This document shows positions 41,147 through 50,900 of a stretch of 64,000 bases of DNA, one piece after another (the first letter of the stretch is position 1; every line of letters begins with the position of its first letter). Where the stretch lies: the IMG/VR virus record IMGVR_UViG_3300033075_001674, positions 32,001 to 96,000 of that record; one strand, given 5' to 3'. Source of the DNA: a virus. Taxonomy: Duplodnaviria > Caudoviricetes. The position numbers and the translations under genes are program-made. Below the pieces are notes generated by a model. The model did not search any database, had not been told where the DNA came from, and saw nothing but the letters and a program-made list of their open reading frames with translations.

Positions 41147-42298
41147 TCACCCCTTGATCCGGACCACCGTGCCGGGTCCCGGTGGGTCGGCATCGGTGAA
41201 CAGCCCCCACACGATGGGGAAGGGGGTGTACTCCACCTTGTCCCCGTACCCGTCGGTCAGGTAGAGGAGCAACCCGATCTCCTCGCCCCGAGCGATCAGC
41301 TGCTGGATGGGCCAGCTGAAGCAGGTACCCCCGCGCCCCCTCCACGAGAACCCTGCGTTCCGTAGAGCTTCGGGGGTGACCTCCTCGCTGCTGACCAGAG
41401 CGACATCTGCCTGATGGAGGGAGCAGATGTCGAGACCCACGTCATCCATCGCAGCCGCAGCTTCCCTGCAGCACGCCTTCAGAAGGTTGCTGTGCATCGA
41501 CCCGGAGGTGTCGACGAGGATGGTGAAGACCGACCGCTCCGCGATCCCTGCGGGCAGAATCACCTCGTCGTCGATGAAGCTGCGGCGATGCGGCCTGCTG
41601 TAGGTGAACCCGTCGTGCCCGCGCAACCTGCTCAGCTCCCCCCGGAGGGAGTGCTTCAACAGCTCCTGCCAGGAGAGGGTGGATGTCTCTCCGCACAGGT
41701 CAGCCAGGTGCTCCATGTGTCCGCCGTAGAGCCCGCGGTCTCTCGTGGGGATCGCCTTAGCAACCCTCCCGAGCGCGGACTTCACGACAGAGCGCCCCTT
41801 CCCCTCCTTCGAGTAGCGGGACTCAAGCTCCGGGGCAGCGGTGCACTCCCCGCCCCCGCACCCACTGCAGGGGGCGGCACTACCCCCTTGCTGGAGCAGG
41901 AGCTTGTAGTATTCCAGCGTCCCCAGGTGCGGAGGGAGCCCCAGGGTCTCCGGGAGGATCACCCCCTCCACCAACGCCTTGCCCAGCGAGCGCCCCACCG
42001 AGTTGATGTACGCGTCTGCAGCGAGGTTGAGGATGTGGTGGTTGACCCCCTCCCCCAGCACCGCCCTGGCGGCAAAAGTGGTGCTGACGTGCATCACCTC
42101 GTGCCAGAGCAAGAACGACCTCTCCGGCAGGGGGCGCTGAGAGAAGAACGTGGGGTTGATGAAGAGGAGCATGCTCTCGCTCACAGCGAGCGTCGCCACC
42201 TCTTCCGTGAAGATGGGCACGAGCTCGTAGACGATGTGCGAGAAGTAAGGCTCGGCATTCAGCAGATGGCGCCGAGCATCGGCCAACCCCGTGGTCAC
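41147..42298 (-). CDS. HExxH metallopeptidase-like plus vWA domain protein (DUF2201-like)
   Basis: WHEVMH, NLAAD, DTSGSM (MIDAS), GRGGT and LTDGYG; GTGA overlap with the ATPase stop. Confidence 0.85.
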   Translation of the reverse strand: MTTGLADARRHLLNAEPYFSHIVYELVPIFTEEVATLAVSESMLLFINPTFFSQRPLPERSFLLWHEVMHVSTTFAARAVLGEGVNHHILNLAADAYINSVGRSLGKALVEGVILPETLGLPPHLGTLEYYKLLLQQGGSAAPCSGCGGGECTAAPELESRYSKEGKGRSVVKSALGRVAKAIPTRDRGLYGGHMEHLADLCGETSTLSWQELLKHSLRGELSRLRGHDGFTYSRPHRRSFIDDEVILPAGIAERSVFTILVDTSGSMHSNLLKACCREAAAAMDDVGLDICSLHQADVALVSSEEVTPEALRNAGFSWRGRGGTCFSWPIQQLIARGEEIGLLLYLTDGYGDKVEYTPFPIVWGLFTDADPPGPGTVVRIKG

Positions 42299-43500
42299 GG
42301 AGCGGCCTCTCGGTAGAGGCGCACATCCATGCCCTGGGAGATGCGCAGGATCTTCGAGACCACGGGGCGCAGGTGCGCCGGACCAGAGAGCAGGGACACC
42401 GGGAAGTGCTTGCACAGGGACTTCACCACGCCCGTCACCAGGTCCTTGCCCTCCGCCGCCAACATATCCTCGCATACCTTCAGGATGTGCATCGCCTGGC
42501 CCACCTTGTCCGCCTCAGGCAGAGCGCGGTACGTTGTGGAGTCGACGTACTGACGAACGCTCTGCATCACGGCGTACATGATGTCGAGCCTGCGCGCGTT
42601 GGGTGACCACCCCCCAGAGACGACGGTGTGCAGCGGAGGCAGGTCCGCTGCCATCAGGTACTGGAGGAACGCCTCGGCGATCTTCTTCCCCAGAAGCCCC
42701 TCCGCGAACGACACCTTCACGTCCTGGAACCCCAGGACGCTGCACGTGGCCAACGCGTTGAGCGCGAGGTGCCATGTCCGAGGGGATGGGTAGGCACCGC
42801 TGATGTCTGGGCTCCCGGCCGCCGGGGTTACCTGCAGGAAGGTCGGGTTGGTCTGCATGAAGGCGTGAATCGCCATCAGCAGCTGCGACCGCTCCCGGTC
42901 GAAGTGAGTCTCCATCTGGCTGCGCAGGTCCTTGAGCTGCAGGGGTGTCCGGTCTGCGGGGTCCTGGGCCAGCCGCTCTACCCAGTTGTCCGGGGAGGAC
43001 ATCTCGTACTCGATGTGGCACAGGCGGTTGGCCTGGGAGGAGGGGAGCACCCGCCCTCCCGCGGACAGGTGTGGGGGGTTGAGGGTCGCGAAGATGCGGA
43101 TGCCCGGGGGGAGGATCCTTCGGCACCACATCCGTTCGTAGATGATGCGGTTGACGGCGGCCGACAGCGCTCGGTTGGAGTTGAGCTCATCGAGGACGAT
43201 GATTCCCTCCCCCACCTCGATCATCTCCAGCACCTCCTGGTTGTCCGATAGACGTTCCAGGTACCCGCTGGGGTGCCGAACGACGATCCCGTTGAGGTCC
43301 TCTGTCTCGCAGGACTCGATGGGGAACGCGTAGTGCAGCATCCCCGTCTCACGGGCGAGCGAGCTGAACATCGCGGATTTCCCACACCCCGGGGGGCCGT
43401 GCACCGCGAGAGGTAGACCGAGCGGGCCCTTGTAGGCGGCGTACCCCTCGCCGTAGATCCAGGCAGGGGTGAGAAGAGCAGCGTAGAGCAGTTTTTCCAT
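42295..43500 (-). CDS. MoxR-like AAA+ ATPase
   Basis: GPPGCGKS, LDEL, ATLNP, NRL and PSPRTW motifs; paired with a vWA gene. Confidence 0.87.
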   Translation of the reverse strand: MEKLLYAALLTPAWIYGEGYAAYKGPLGLPLAVHGPPGCGKSAMFSSLARETGMLHYAFPIESCETEDLNGIVVRHPSGYLERLSDNQEVLEMIEVGEGIIVLDELNSNRALSAAVNRIIYERMWCRRILPPGIRIFATLNPPHLSAGGRVLPSSQANRLCHIEYEMSSPDNWVERLAQDPADRTPLQLKDLRSQMETHFDRERSQLLMAIHAFMQTNPTFLQVTPAAGSPDISGAYPSPRTWHLALNALATCSVLGFQDVKVSFAEGLLGKKIAEAFLQYLMAADLPPLHTVVSGGWSPNARRLDIMYAVMQSVRQYVDSTTYRALPEADKVGQAMHILKVCEDMLAAEGKDLVTGVVKSLCKHFPVSLLSGPAHLRPVVSKILRISQGMDVRLYREAAP

Positions 43501-43512
43501 TTGTTTACCTCG

Positions 43513-44115
43513 CTACTGCTGCCTGTGACAGGAGCAGTGGCACGTGGGGTTGTTGTTGCGCCAGCACTTGCTGTGGCAGCACAGCGAGCACTCCCCGTTC
43601 TCATCGATGCGCATGTCCGGAAGGGAGGGGGTGTCGGGATCGTTTGTGAGCTGAGTCTCCATCTCTGCGATGCAGCAGAGGCACGCGACTCCATGCAGCT
43701 CCTCGCCGGGGACCTCGGACAACATCACCTCCCCGTTGGGGGCCATGTCCCCTGAGACGGAGGCGATGCGGTAGCAGGCCTCTCCCAGCAGAACCTCTGC
43801 TCCGCAGAACTCGCACAGGCCGATGGAGGAGTCAGCGAGCTCTTTACGCTCTGACAAGTTCCAGACACGCGCGTCCTCCACCCGCACAGGGTTCACGTCG
43901 ACGGCCTGCTCGACGAGCACGTCGTACACGTCCTCCATGTGGGTATCGCACAGCAGGAGCTGCGGAACGTGGTACTCCCCTAGCAGCTCAAGCCCGTCGG
44001 GGACGATGAGGGGCGGGGTGTCGGGGAGGAGACGCACCCGCTGAACCAGGTGCATCGTGTGGCGCAGCGTCCCGCACAGGGAGCAGCTAAGCGAGCCGTT
44101 TCTCGAATGGTCCAT
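43513..44115 (-). CDS. Cys-rich hypothetical protein
   Basis: Several CxxC pairs; ends at a TAG that is in frame with the downstream ATPase. Confidence 0.65.
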   Translation of the reverse strand: MDHSRNGSLSCSLCGTLRHTMHLVQRVRLLPDTPPLIVPDGLELLGEYHVPQLLLCDTHMEDVYDVLVEQAVDVNPVRVEDARVWNLSERKELADSSIGLCEFCGAEVLLGEACYRIASVSGDMAPNGEVMLSEVPGEELHGVACLCCIAEMETQLTNDPDTPSLPDMRIDENGECSLCCHSKCWRNNNPTCHCSCHRQQ

Positions 44116-44672
44116 CTACGAGAGATCCTTTCTCGGCTGGGGTCTGGGCCCCGGCCGTTTGCGTCGCAGTCAGCGACGAGAACGAACGTCTGCATGTACG
44201 GGGTGCTGCCGCTCTCGATGACCGTGCGGGTGAGGGTGGTGCCTGCGGGGATGGGTGTGGCGGCCTGGGCCCTGGTTTCGTAGCGGAGGACGCACTCCCG
44301 GAGGTGGAGATCGTCCTCACTCTCAGCGGTCTCGAAGTACGGGCCCAGCCACCTGTCCGCTGAAGGTGGATAGAACCTCTCCGTGGGGCACCAGGGGATG
44401 GGCTCGCCTGGCTGGGCGAGGTTGAGGATCACCTCGACATCCCGCTGACAGAAGAAGGTGACCGCCCCAGAAGAGGTGATGCACCGAAACCTCAAGCCCA
44501 GGGACATCGCGGTGGGGTCGCGAGCGAAGGCGTTGGTGATGGTGTAGCGGGAGTCTTCCCCGCGCAGAGGGTTGCGGATCGACAGGCCGAGGAAGTCCAG
44601 AGGCAACTCGATGAGGTTGCTCTTCGGGATCCGATGGTACTCGGCCCTCTCTGGGTCAATCAGCGACGCCAC
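44088..44672 (-). CDS. hypothetical protein
   Basis: GTG 44672 with SD AAAGGA; lies between two in-frame TTA codons (44678 and 44090) of track ORF 43980..44825. Confidence 0.55.
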
Positions 44673-44675
44673 GGC

Positions 44676-44825
44676 TAATCCTTTCTCCGAGGAGGGCTCG
44701 GGCGGCGAGGAGGGCGAGGAGGAAGATGGCGTTGAGGAAGAGTCGCAAGGTTCGGGGTCTCCCAGGAGGAGCTGAAGGAGGAGGACGAACCACCCCCCGC
44801 TGCTTTCGTTGTGGTCGGTAGGCAT
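44676..44825 (-). CDS. possible small Ser/Pro-rich peptide
   Basis: 49 codons from ATG 44825 to TTA 44678-44676; a separate gene only if TTA is stop. Confidence 0.3.
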
Positions 44826-44901
44826 GGTGAGATTGCGGCCACGAGAGGCTGCGCACTCTTATGCCTGCGGGTCCCGAGATTTGCCGTAAACTTGAGACCG
44901 C

Positions 44902-47900
44902 ATGGCAACGCTCGATCCCCACGAAGACTTCCAGGAAACGCTCAAGGCGGTCACCAGCGGTCTGCAGGAGGCGTTCCCCATCAAGGGTCGAACCTCCTCG
45001 CTACACCTCGTAAGCGTGCACGCAGGGCAGATGCCCGACCCGGAAGACATCGGTTCGCAGTACGCAACCCGGGTTGCGGGCAAGAGCTGGATGACCCCAA
45101 TCCAGGGTGTCATCGAGCTCCGAGACAACGAGACCGGTAAGGTCTTGATGACCCAGAAGACGCGCCTGATGTCGATCCCGTCTATGACCAAGCGCTTCTC
45201 CTTCATCTACAACGGCCAGGAGCACCAGTCCGCCAACCAGTGGCAGCTCAAGCCGGGGGTCTTCGCTCGTCGCCAGGACAACGGGGAGCTGGAGGCGCGG
45301 TTCAACGTGGTCAACCGTGCGGCCTTCAAGATGAAGTTGGACCCGCAGAGCCAGCTGTTCCACGTCGAGTACAAGAAGGCGAACCTGCCCGCGTACCCGC
45401 TTCTGCGGGCGATGGGGGTCTCTGACCAGCAGATGGAAGAGTCCTGGGGCAAGCAGGTCTTCGAGGCCAACAAGAAGGTCAAGCGGCAGGCCGGAGTGCT
45501 CGCGCAGTTCTACCGCACCAGCACCAACGGGAAAGCCCCCCCGGAGAGCGAGGAGGACCTGGCGGCACACCTGCGCCAGGTGATGAAGGAGTCGAAGGTG
45601 CGCCCCGAGGTGGTCAAGCAGACCCTGGCCCACGAGGTAGACCACGTGGACCACACGCTCATGCTGAACGCCGGCACGAAGCTGCTCGCCGTGCAGAACG
45701 GCGCCCCCGAGGATGACCGTGACTCGCTGATCTACAAGACGCTGCGCTCCACCGGGGACTTCCTGAAAGACCAGATCCAGGCCTCCAGCCGCAACCTGGC
45801 CATGAAGGTGCAGCGCCAGCTGAACAAGGGCGACCTCAAGGACATCCGCCACGCCTTCAAGCCAGGGCTCTACGACGACGCGGTTCGCAGGCTTTTCCAG
45901 AGCTCCCTGGTCAACCCCGCGAAGCAGATCAACCCGGTCGACATGATCGGGACGGCCATGCAGACGACCATCATGGGGCCCGGAGGAATCAAGAGCGACA
46001 TCCAGGTCACCGACGCGGCCAAGGAGATCAACCCCAGCCAGTTCGGCATGATCGACCCCCTCACCACCCCGGAGGGAGGGGCCACCGGCATCTCGCTGCG
46101 TCTACCCATCGGGGTGAAGCGGATCGGCGACCAGCCCCACATCCCCGTCTACAGCATCAAGCAGAAGAAGACGATCTACGTGAACCCCGCCCAGATGATG
46201 GCGGCCAAGAAGGTGTTCGCCGACGAGGTGGAGTACCGCAACGGGGTCCCCCACCCCCTGCGAGAGAAGGTGAAGGCGCTCGGCAAGGGCAACGAGCCCG
46301 AGGTCATCTCGTTCCACGAAGCGGACTACGTGATGAAGGACCCCAGCCAGGTCTACGGCACGACGGTCAACCTCGTCCCCTTCCTGCAGAACAACTCGGG
46401 TGGTCGTGTGTCGATGGCCAGCCGGCACATCGAGCAGAGCATCTCCCTGCGGGACAGGGACAAGCCCTTGGTGCGGGTGAACGCGCCCGGAGGAACACAC
46501 ACCTTCGAGGAGATGATCGGCCACCAGAGCGCCCACACCGCCCCAGTGGACGGAAGGGTCACCAGGGTCACTGCGGACGCGATCCACGTGGCGGATGCCT
46601 CCGGCAAGGAGCACAAGGTCCACCTCTACAACAACTATCCCGTCAACGACGCCAAGAGCGTCTTGCACTCCACCCCGCTTGTGAAGGTGGGAGATGCCGT
46701 CAAGAAGGGCGGCGTGGTGGCGGACAACAACTACACCCGAGATGGTGTGCTCGCGCTCGGTAAGAACCTCCGCACGGCATTCATGAGCTACCACGGCCTG
46801 AACTTCGAGGACGGTATCGTCATCACGGAGTCTGCGGCCAAGAAGCTGACCAGCAACCACCTCCACAAGGAGATGCTCCCTATCCCGGAGGTGAACAACC
46901 AGCTGATCTTCGACGCCAAGAAGTTTCAGGCTGCCCACCCGCTGGCGTTCTCCAAGGACCAGCTGGGGCACATCGGCGCGGATGGCGTCGCGAAGGTGGG
47001 GGCCAAGATCCGCCCCGGTGACCCGCTGGTGCTGGCGATGCAGCCGTACCAGCTCAAGGATCGAACCGGCATCGGAGCAATCCGCAAGAGCCTCACGAAC
47101 CAGCTGGTCGACAAGAGCCTGCGCTGGGAGTCGGATGTGCCGGGGGAAGTTGTATCTGTCCACCGGAACGATCAGGGCATCCACGTCCACGTGCGCACCG
47201 AGGAGCCTGTGCGCGTAGGCGACAAGCTCTCCCACCGCCACGGCGGCAAGGGCATCATCACCAGCATCCTCCCGGACAAGGACGCCCCTCGCAGCAAGGA
47301 CGGGAAGCCCGTGGACATCCTGTTCCAGCCGGGCGGTCTCGGCGGGCGCATGAATATCGGGCAGGTCCTCGAAGCACAGGCCGGGAAGATCGCCGAGAAG
47401 ACCGGCAAGCCGTACTTCGTCAAGAACTTCGACCCGAAGGTCCAGGATTGGACCCGTCACATGATGGGAGAGCTCAAGAAGCACGGGCTCTCGGACACCG
47501 AGGAGCTGTTCGACCCCAAGACCGGCATCTCCTACGGGCAGGTGATGACGGGCCCCATCCACTTCCTGAAGCTCGTCCACCAGATGGACAAGAAGGAGTC
47601 GATGCGGAGCGGCATGTCTCTGCCCAGGGTACAGAGCAAGGAGAAGTACGACCCCACGACCCTGCAGCCCGCCAGCGGCGGCGGGACCGGAGGGCAGTCC
47701 TGGGGGCAGCTCGGCATCTACGCTCTGCTGGCGCACGGGGCCAAGGGGATCCTGCGCGAGAGTATGACCTACAAGAGCGAGGGTGAGGACCCGGAGACCA
47801 ACGAGGCCAAGCGGTGGAGGTCCCAGCACAACGAGGTCTGGAACGCCATCCAGTCGGGGCAGCCCCTCCCTCCCCCGAAGCCCACCTTCTCGTTCCACCG

Positions 47901-50900
47901 CTTCACCGAGCTCATCAAGGGCGCGGGCATCAACGTGGACAAGAAGGGGGACGAGTTCGTGCTGTCCCCTCTCACCAACAGCCACATCCTCAAGATGAGC
48001 AAGGGGGAGATCTCCGACCCCACGGCCGTGGTGCACTCCAAGCGCGACGAGAACGGGGTCTTCAAGACCATCAAGGGCGGGCTCTTCGACGACAAGATCA
48101 CCGGAGGACACGGCGGCACTGGCTGGTCCCACGTGAAGCTGCCGGAGCCCATGCCCAACCCGATCTTCGAGGAGCCCATCAAGAAGATCCTCGGCATCAC
48201 GGAGACCACCTACCAGGCCCTGGTGGAGGGCAAGCAGGGGGTCAACCCGCTGACAGGGAAGATCGGCCCCTACGAGCGCGGGTTCCTCGTAGGGGGCTCG
48301 GCGTTCAAGAAGCTCCTCGGGAAGATCGACGTCTCAAAGGAGCTGGCCGCCACGAAGAAGGCCCTCGACTCGGCCAAGCCCTCCCAGGTCAACCCGCTCT
48401 ACAAGAAAGCCCGGTACCTCCAGGGGCTGGAGAAGACAGGGATGCGCCCCGACGAGGCGTACGTGCTCGACTACCTGCCCATCGTGCCCCCCAAGCTCCG
48501 CCCTCTGTCCAACCTGGACGACGGAGCGCTGCACTACGACGGTATCAACGGCATGTACAACCAGCTGGGGCAGCTCACGAACGCGATGAACCACCCATCG
48601 CAGAAGATGCTCCCCGATCAGTACAAGGCCGAGGGGCGCAGGGCTCTCTACGACGGGGTGTCCGCTCTCTTCGGTACAGCTGCTCTACCCGAGGGAGCCA
48701 AGGACAAGGGCATCCTCCACATGATCGCCGGCAGCCAGCCGAAGCGCGGTATCGCCCAGAAGGGCCTACTCTCCCGCAGGCAGGATGCCTCGGCCCGCGC
48801 CACGATCATCCCTGAGCCGAAGCTCGGGCTCGACGAGATCGGGCTACCCAAGGAGATGGCCATGACCATCCTCCGCCCACAGCTCGTGCGTCAGCTTGTG
48901 GTGCAGGGGAGCGCCAAGGATGAGCTGGCAGCGCAGAACCTCCTGGCGGAGGCCCACAAGGGCAAGGAGGACCCCTCCATCCAGTCCGCCCTCAACAACC
49001 TGGCGAACAACGAGCTCGTCATCTCGAAGCGTGACCCTGCGCTGTGGAAGTACAGCGTGCAGGCGTTTCGTCCGCGCATCGTTGAGGGTAAGGCGATCCG
49101 GATTCACCCGCTTGTGACCGGGGGATTCAATGCCGACTTCGACGGCGACAGCGCCAAAGGGCTGGTGCATGTTGAAGTTTCTACGGAAACCGGGAACAAG
49201 GAGGAGATGCCACACCTCGGATCCCTTCCTGTTCATGGGCTCATCAACCTTCGTGACTTTCCCCGCCAGCAACTCCTTCGGGATGACGGGCGCGTAGCGG
49301 TTTACAGCGTGCCGGAGGGGGTGGTGGTGCCCTCCCACCTCAACGGGGTCGGCATCGTGCGGATGCCAGTCACCGAGTTTTCCATCCACCGTGACTGCCC
49401 TCTCTGGAGGGTGACCAGCCGTGCGGGCCGGTTGCTGGAGGTAAGCGAAGACCACTCCCTGGCCACCCTCGACATGAACACCCTGGACGTCGTGGAGACC
49501 AAGGCGTCGGGAAGCGAGGGCAAGGTCTTCCCTGTCATGCGCGCCCTCGCCCACTCTCACGGCAAGGACGCGTGGGACACCTCCTGCTTCGAGGGTGTCT
49601 CGGAGAGGGGCTACCCTCTTCCCCAGTTCCCTCTCACCAAAGCATCCGGTTGGTTCCTGGGGGCGATGGTTGGGGATGGGTGGGTGAGCGACACATCCAA
49701 GTACACAAACGGCACAGCCATGCAGATCAGTTTGGCTTACGGGGCGAGGGGGGTTGAGGTAGCAGCCCGGTGGGGGTCCTTCCTGGATAACCTCGTCCCC
49801 GAGATTGCCAAACGATCCTACCGAAACGAGCACGAGTTCGAGGGGAAGCCCGCTCTCTCCTTCCGCGACACTGTGACCCACTCCGCTCTCGGGCGTCTCC
49901 TCCAGGAGCAGCTCGGGCACGGGGCCCGGAACAAGCACCTGCCCCTCGACTTCCTGGAGTGGAACGAGCAGGCACGTCGGGGCCTGCTCGCTGGTCTGCT
50001 GGACACGGATGGCTCGGTGACCTGGGTGCACGCGGCGACCAAGAACAAGCCTCAGTTCCAGGCCGCCTACCACACCACCTCCGCACAGCTCGCCATCGAG
50101 GTCGTATTGCTCTGCCAGTCCCTTGGCATCGTCGCCAGCTACACCGAGTACGCGAAGCGGGACGGGCTCGCCTACAACATCTTCCTGTCCACCTCCACGA
50201 TGCAGGAGGCCACCTGGCTGGACCTGGCCCATCCGGAAAAGAAGGAGGCCCTGGAGCGGCTCTGGGGGAGCGAGCCTGTGATCTCGGGCAGGGGGGACTG
50301 GGTGCCCATGCCCCCGGCTGTCCGGAGCATTCTGCTCACGGAGCTCCGCAAGAAGGGGGCTGCCCGCAAGGAGAAGACCGAGGAGGGCAAGCGCGCTTTC
50401 AGCCTCTACGTGGTACTGAAGAAAGAGGAGCCCATCATCACGCGGGAGACCTTTGCCCTGCTCACCGAGATGCTCGGGGATGCGGTGTGCAGCGAAGGGC
50501 TGATGTCCTCGTGGTACGCGCTCTGCACCAACCCCACGCTCTCCTGGGATGTGGTGGAGACGGCGGAGGACACGGGGGAGCTCCACGAGATGTACGACCT
50601 CACCGTTCCGGACTCCTACACCTTCACGATGGCCAATGGCGCCGTGGTCTGGGACACCATGAGTGTGCAAGCCGTGCTCTCCGACGAGGCAAAGCGCGAC
50701 GCGGCTCGCATGCTCCCCAGCAAGAACATCTTCAGCGAGAGCACCGGAGGGGTGGCCTACCTGCCCTCGATGGAGTCTCTCCTGGGACTCCACCGTCTGT
50801 CCCTTGTCGGGCAGTCGAAGGGCGCCTCTTTTAGCCACGACAAGGACGCCATCGCGGCCCTGCACCAGAAGAAGGTGAGCCTCGATGAGCAGATCAAGGT

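Noticed and set aside
22740-44120. AGA, TCA or CTA as additional stop codons
   Set aside because: Each appears near some junctions but also in frame inside long genes (e.g. TCA near 7282 and AGA near 7687 in the baseplate gene).
16889-44678. +1 slip at TTA-G exposing TAG as the general explanation of TTA ends
   Set aside because: Only four of eight sites are TTAG; the others are TTAC or TTAT.
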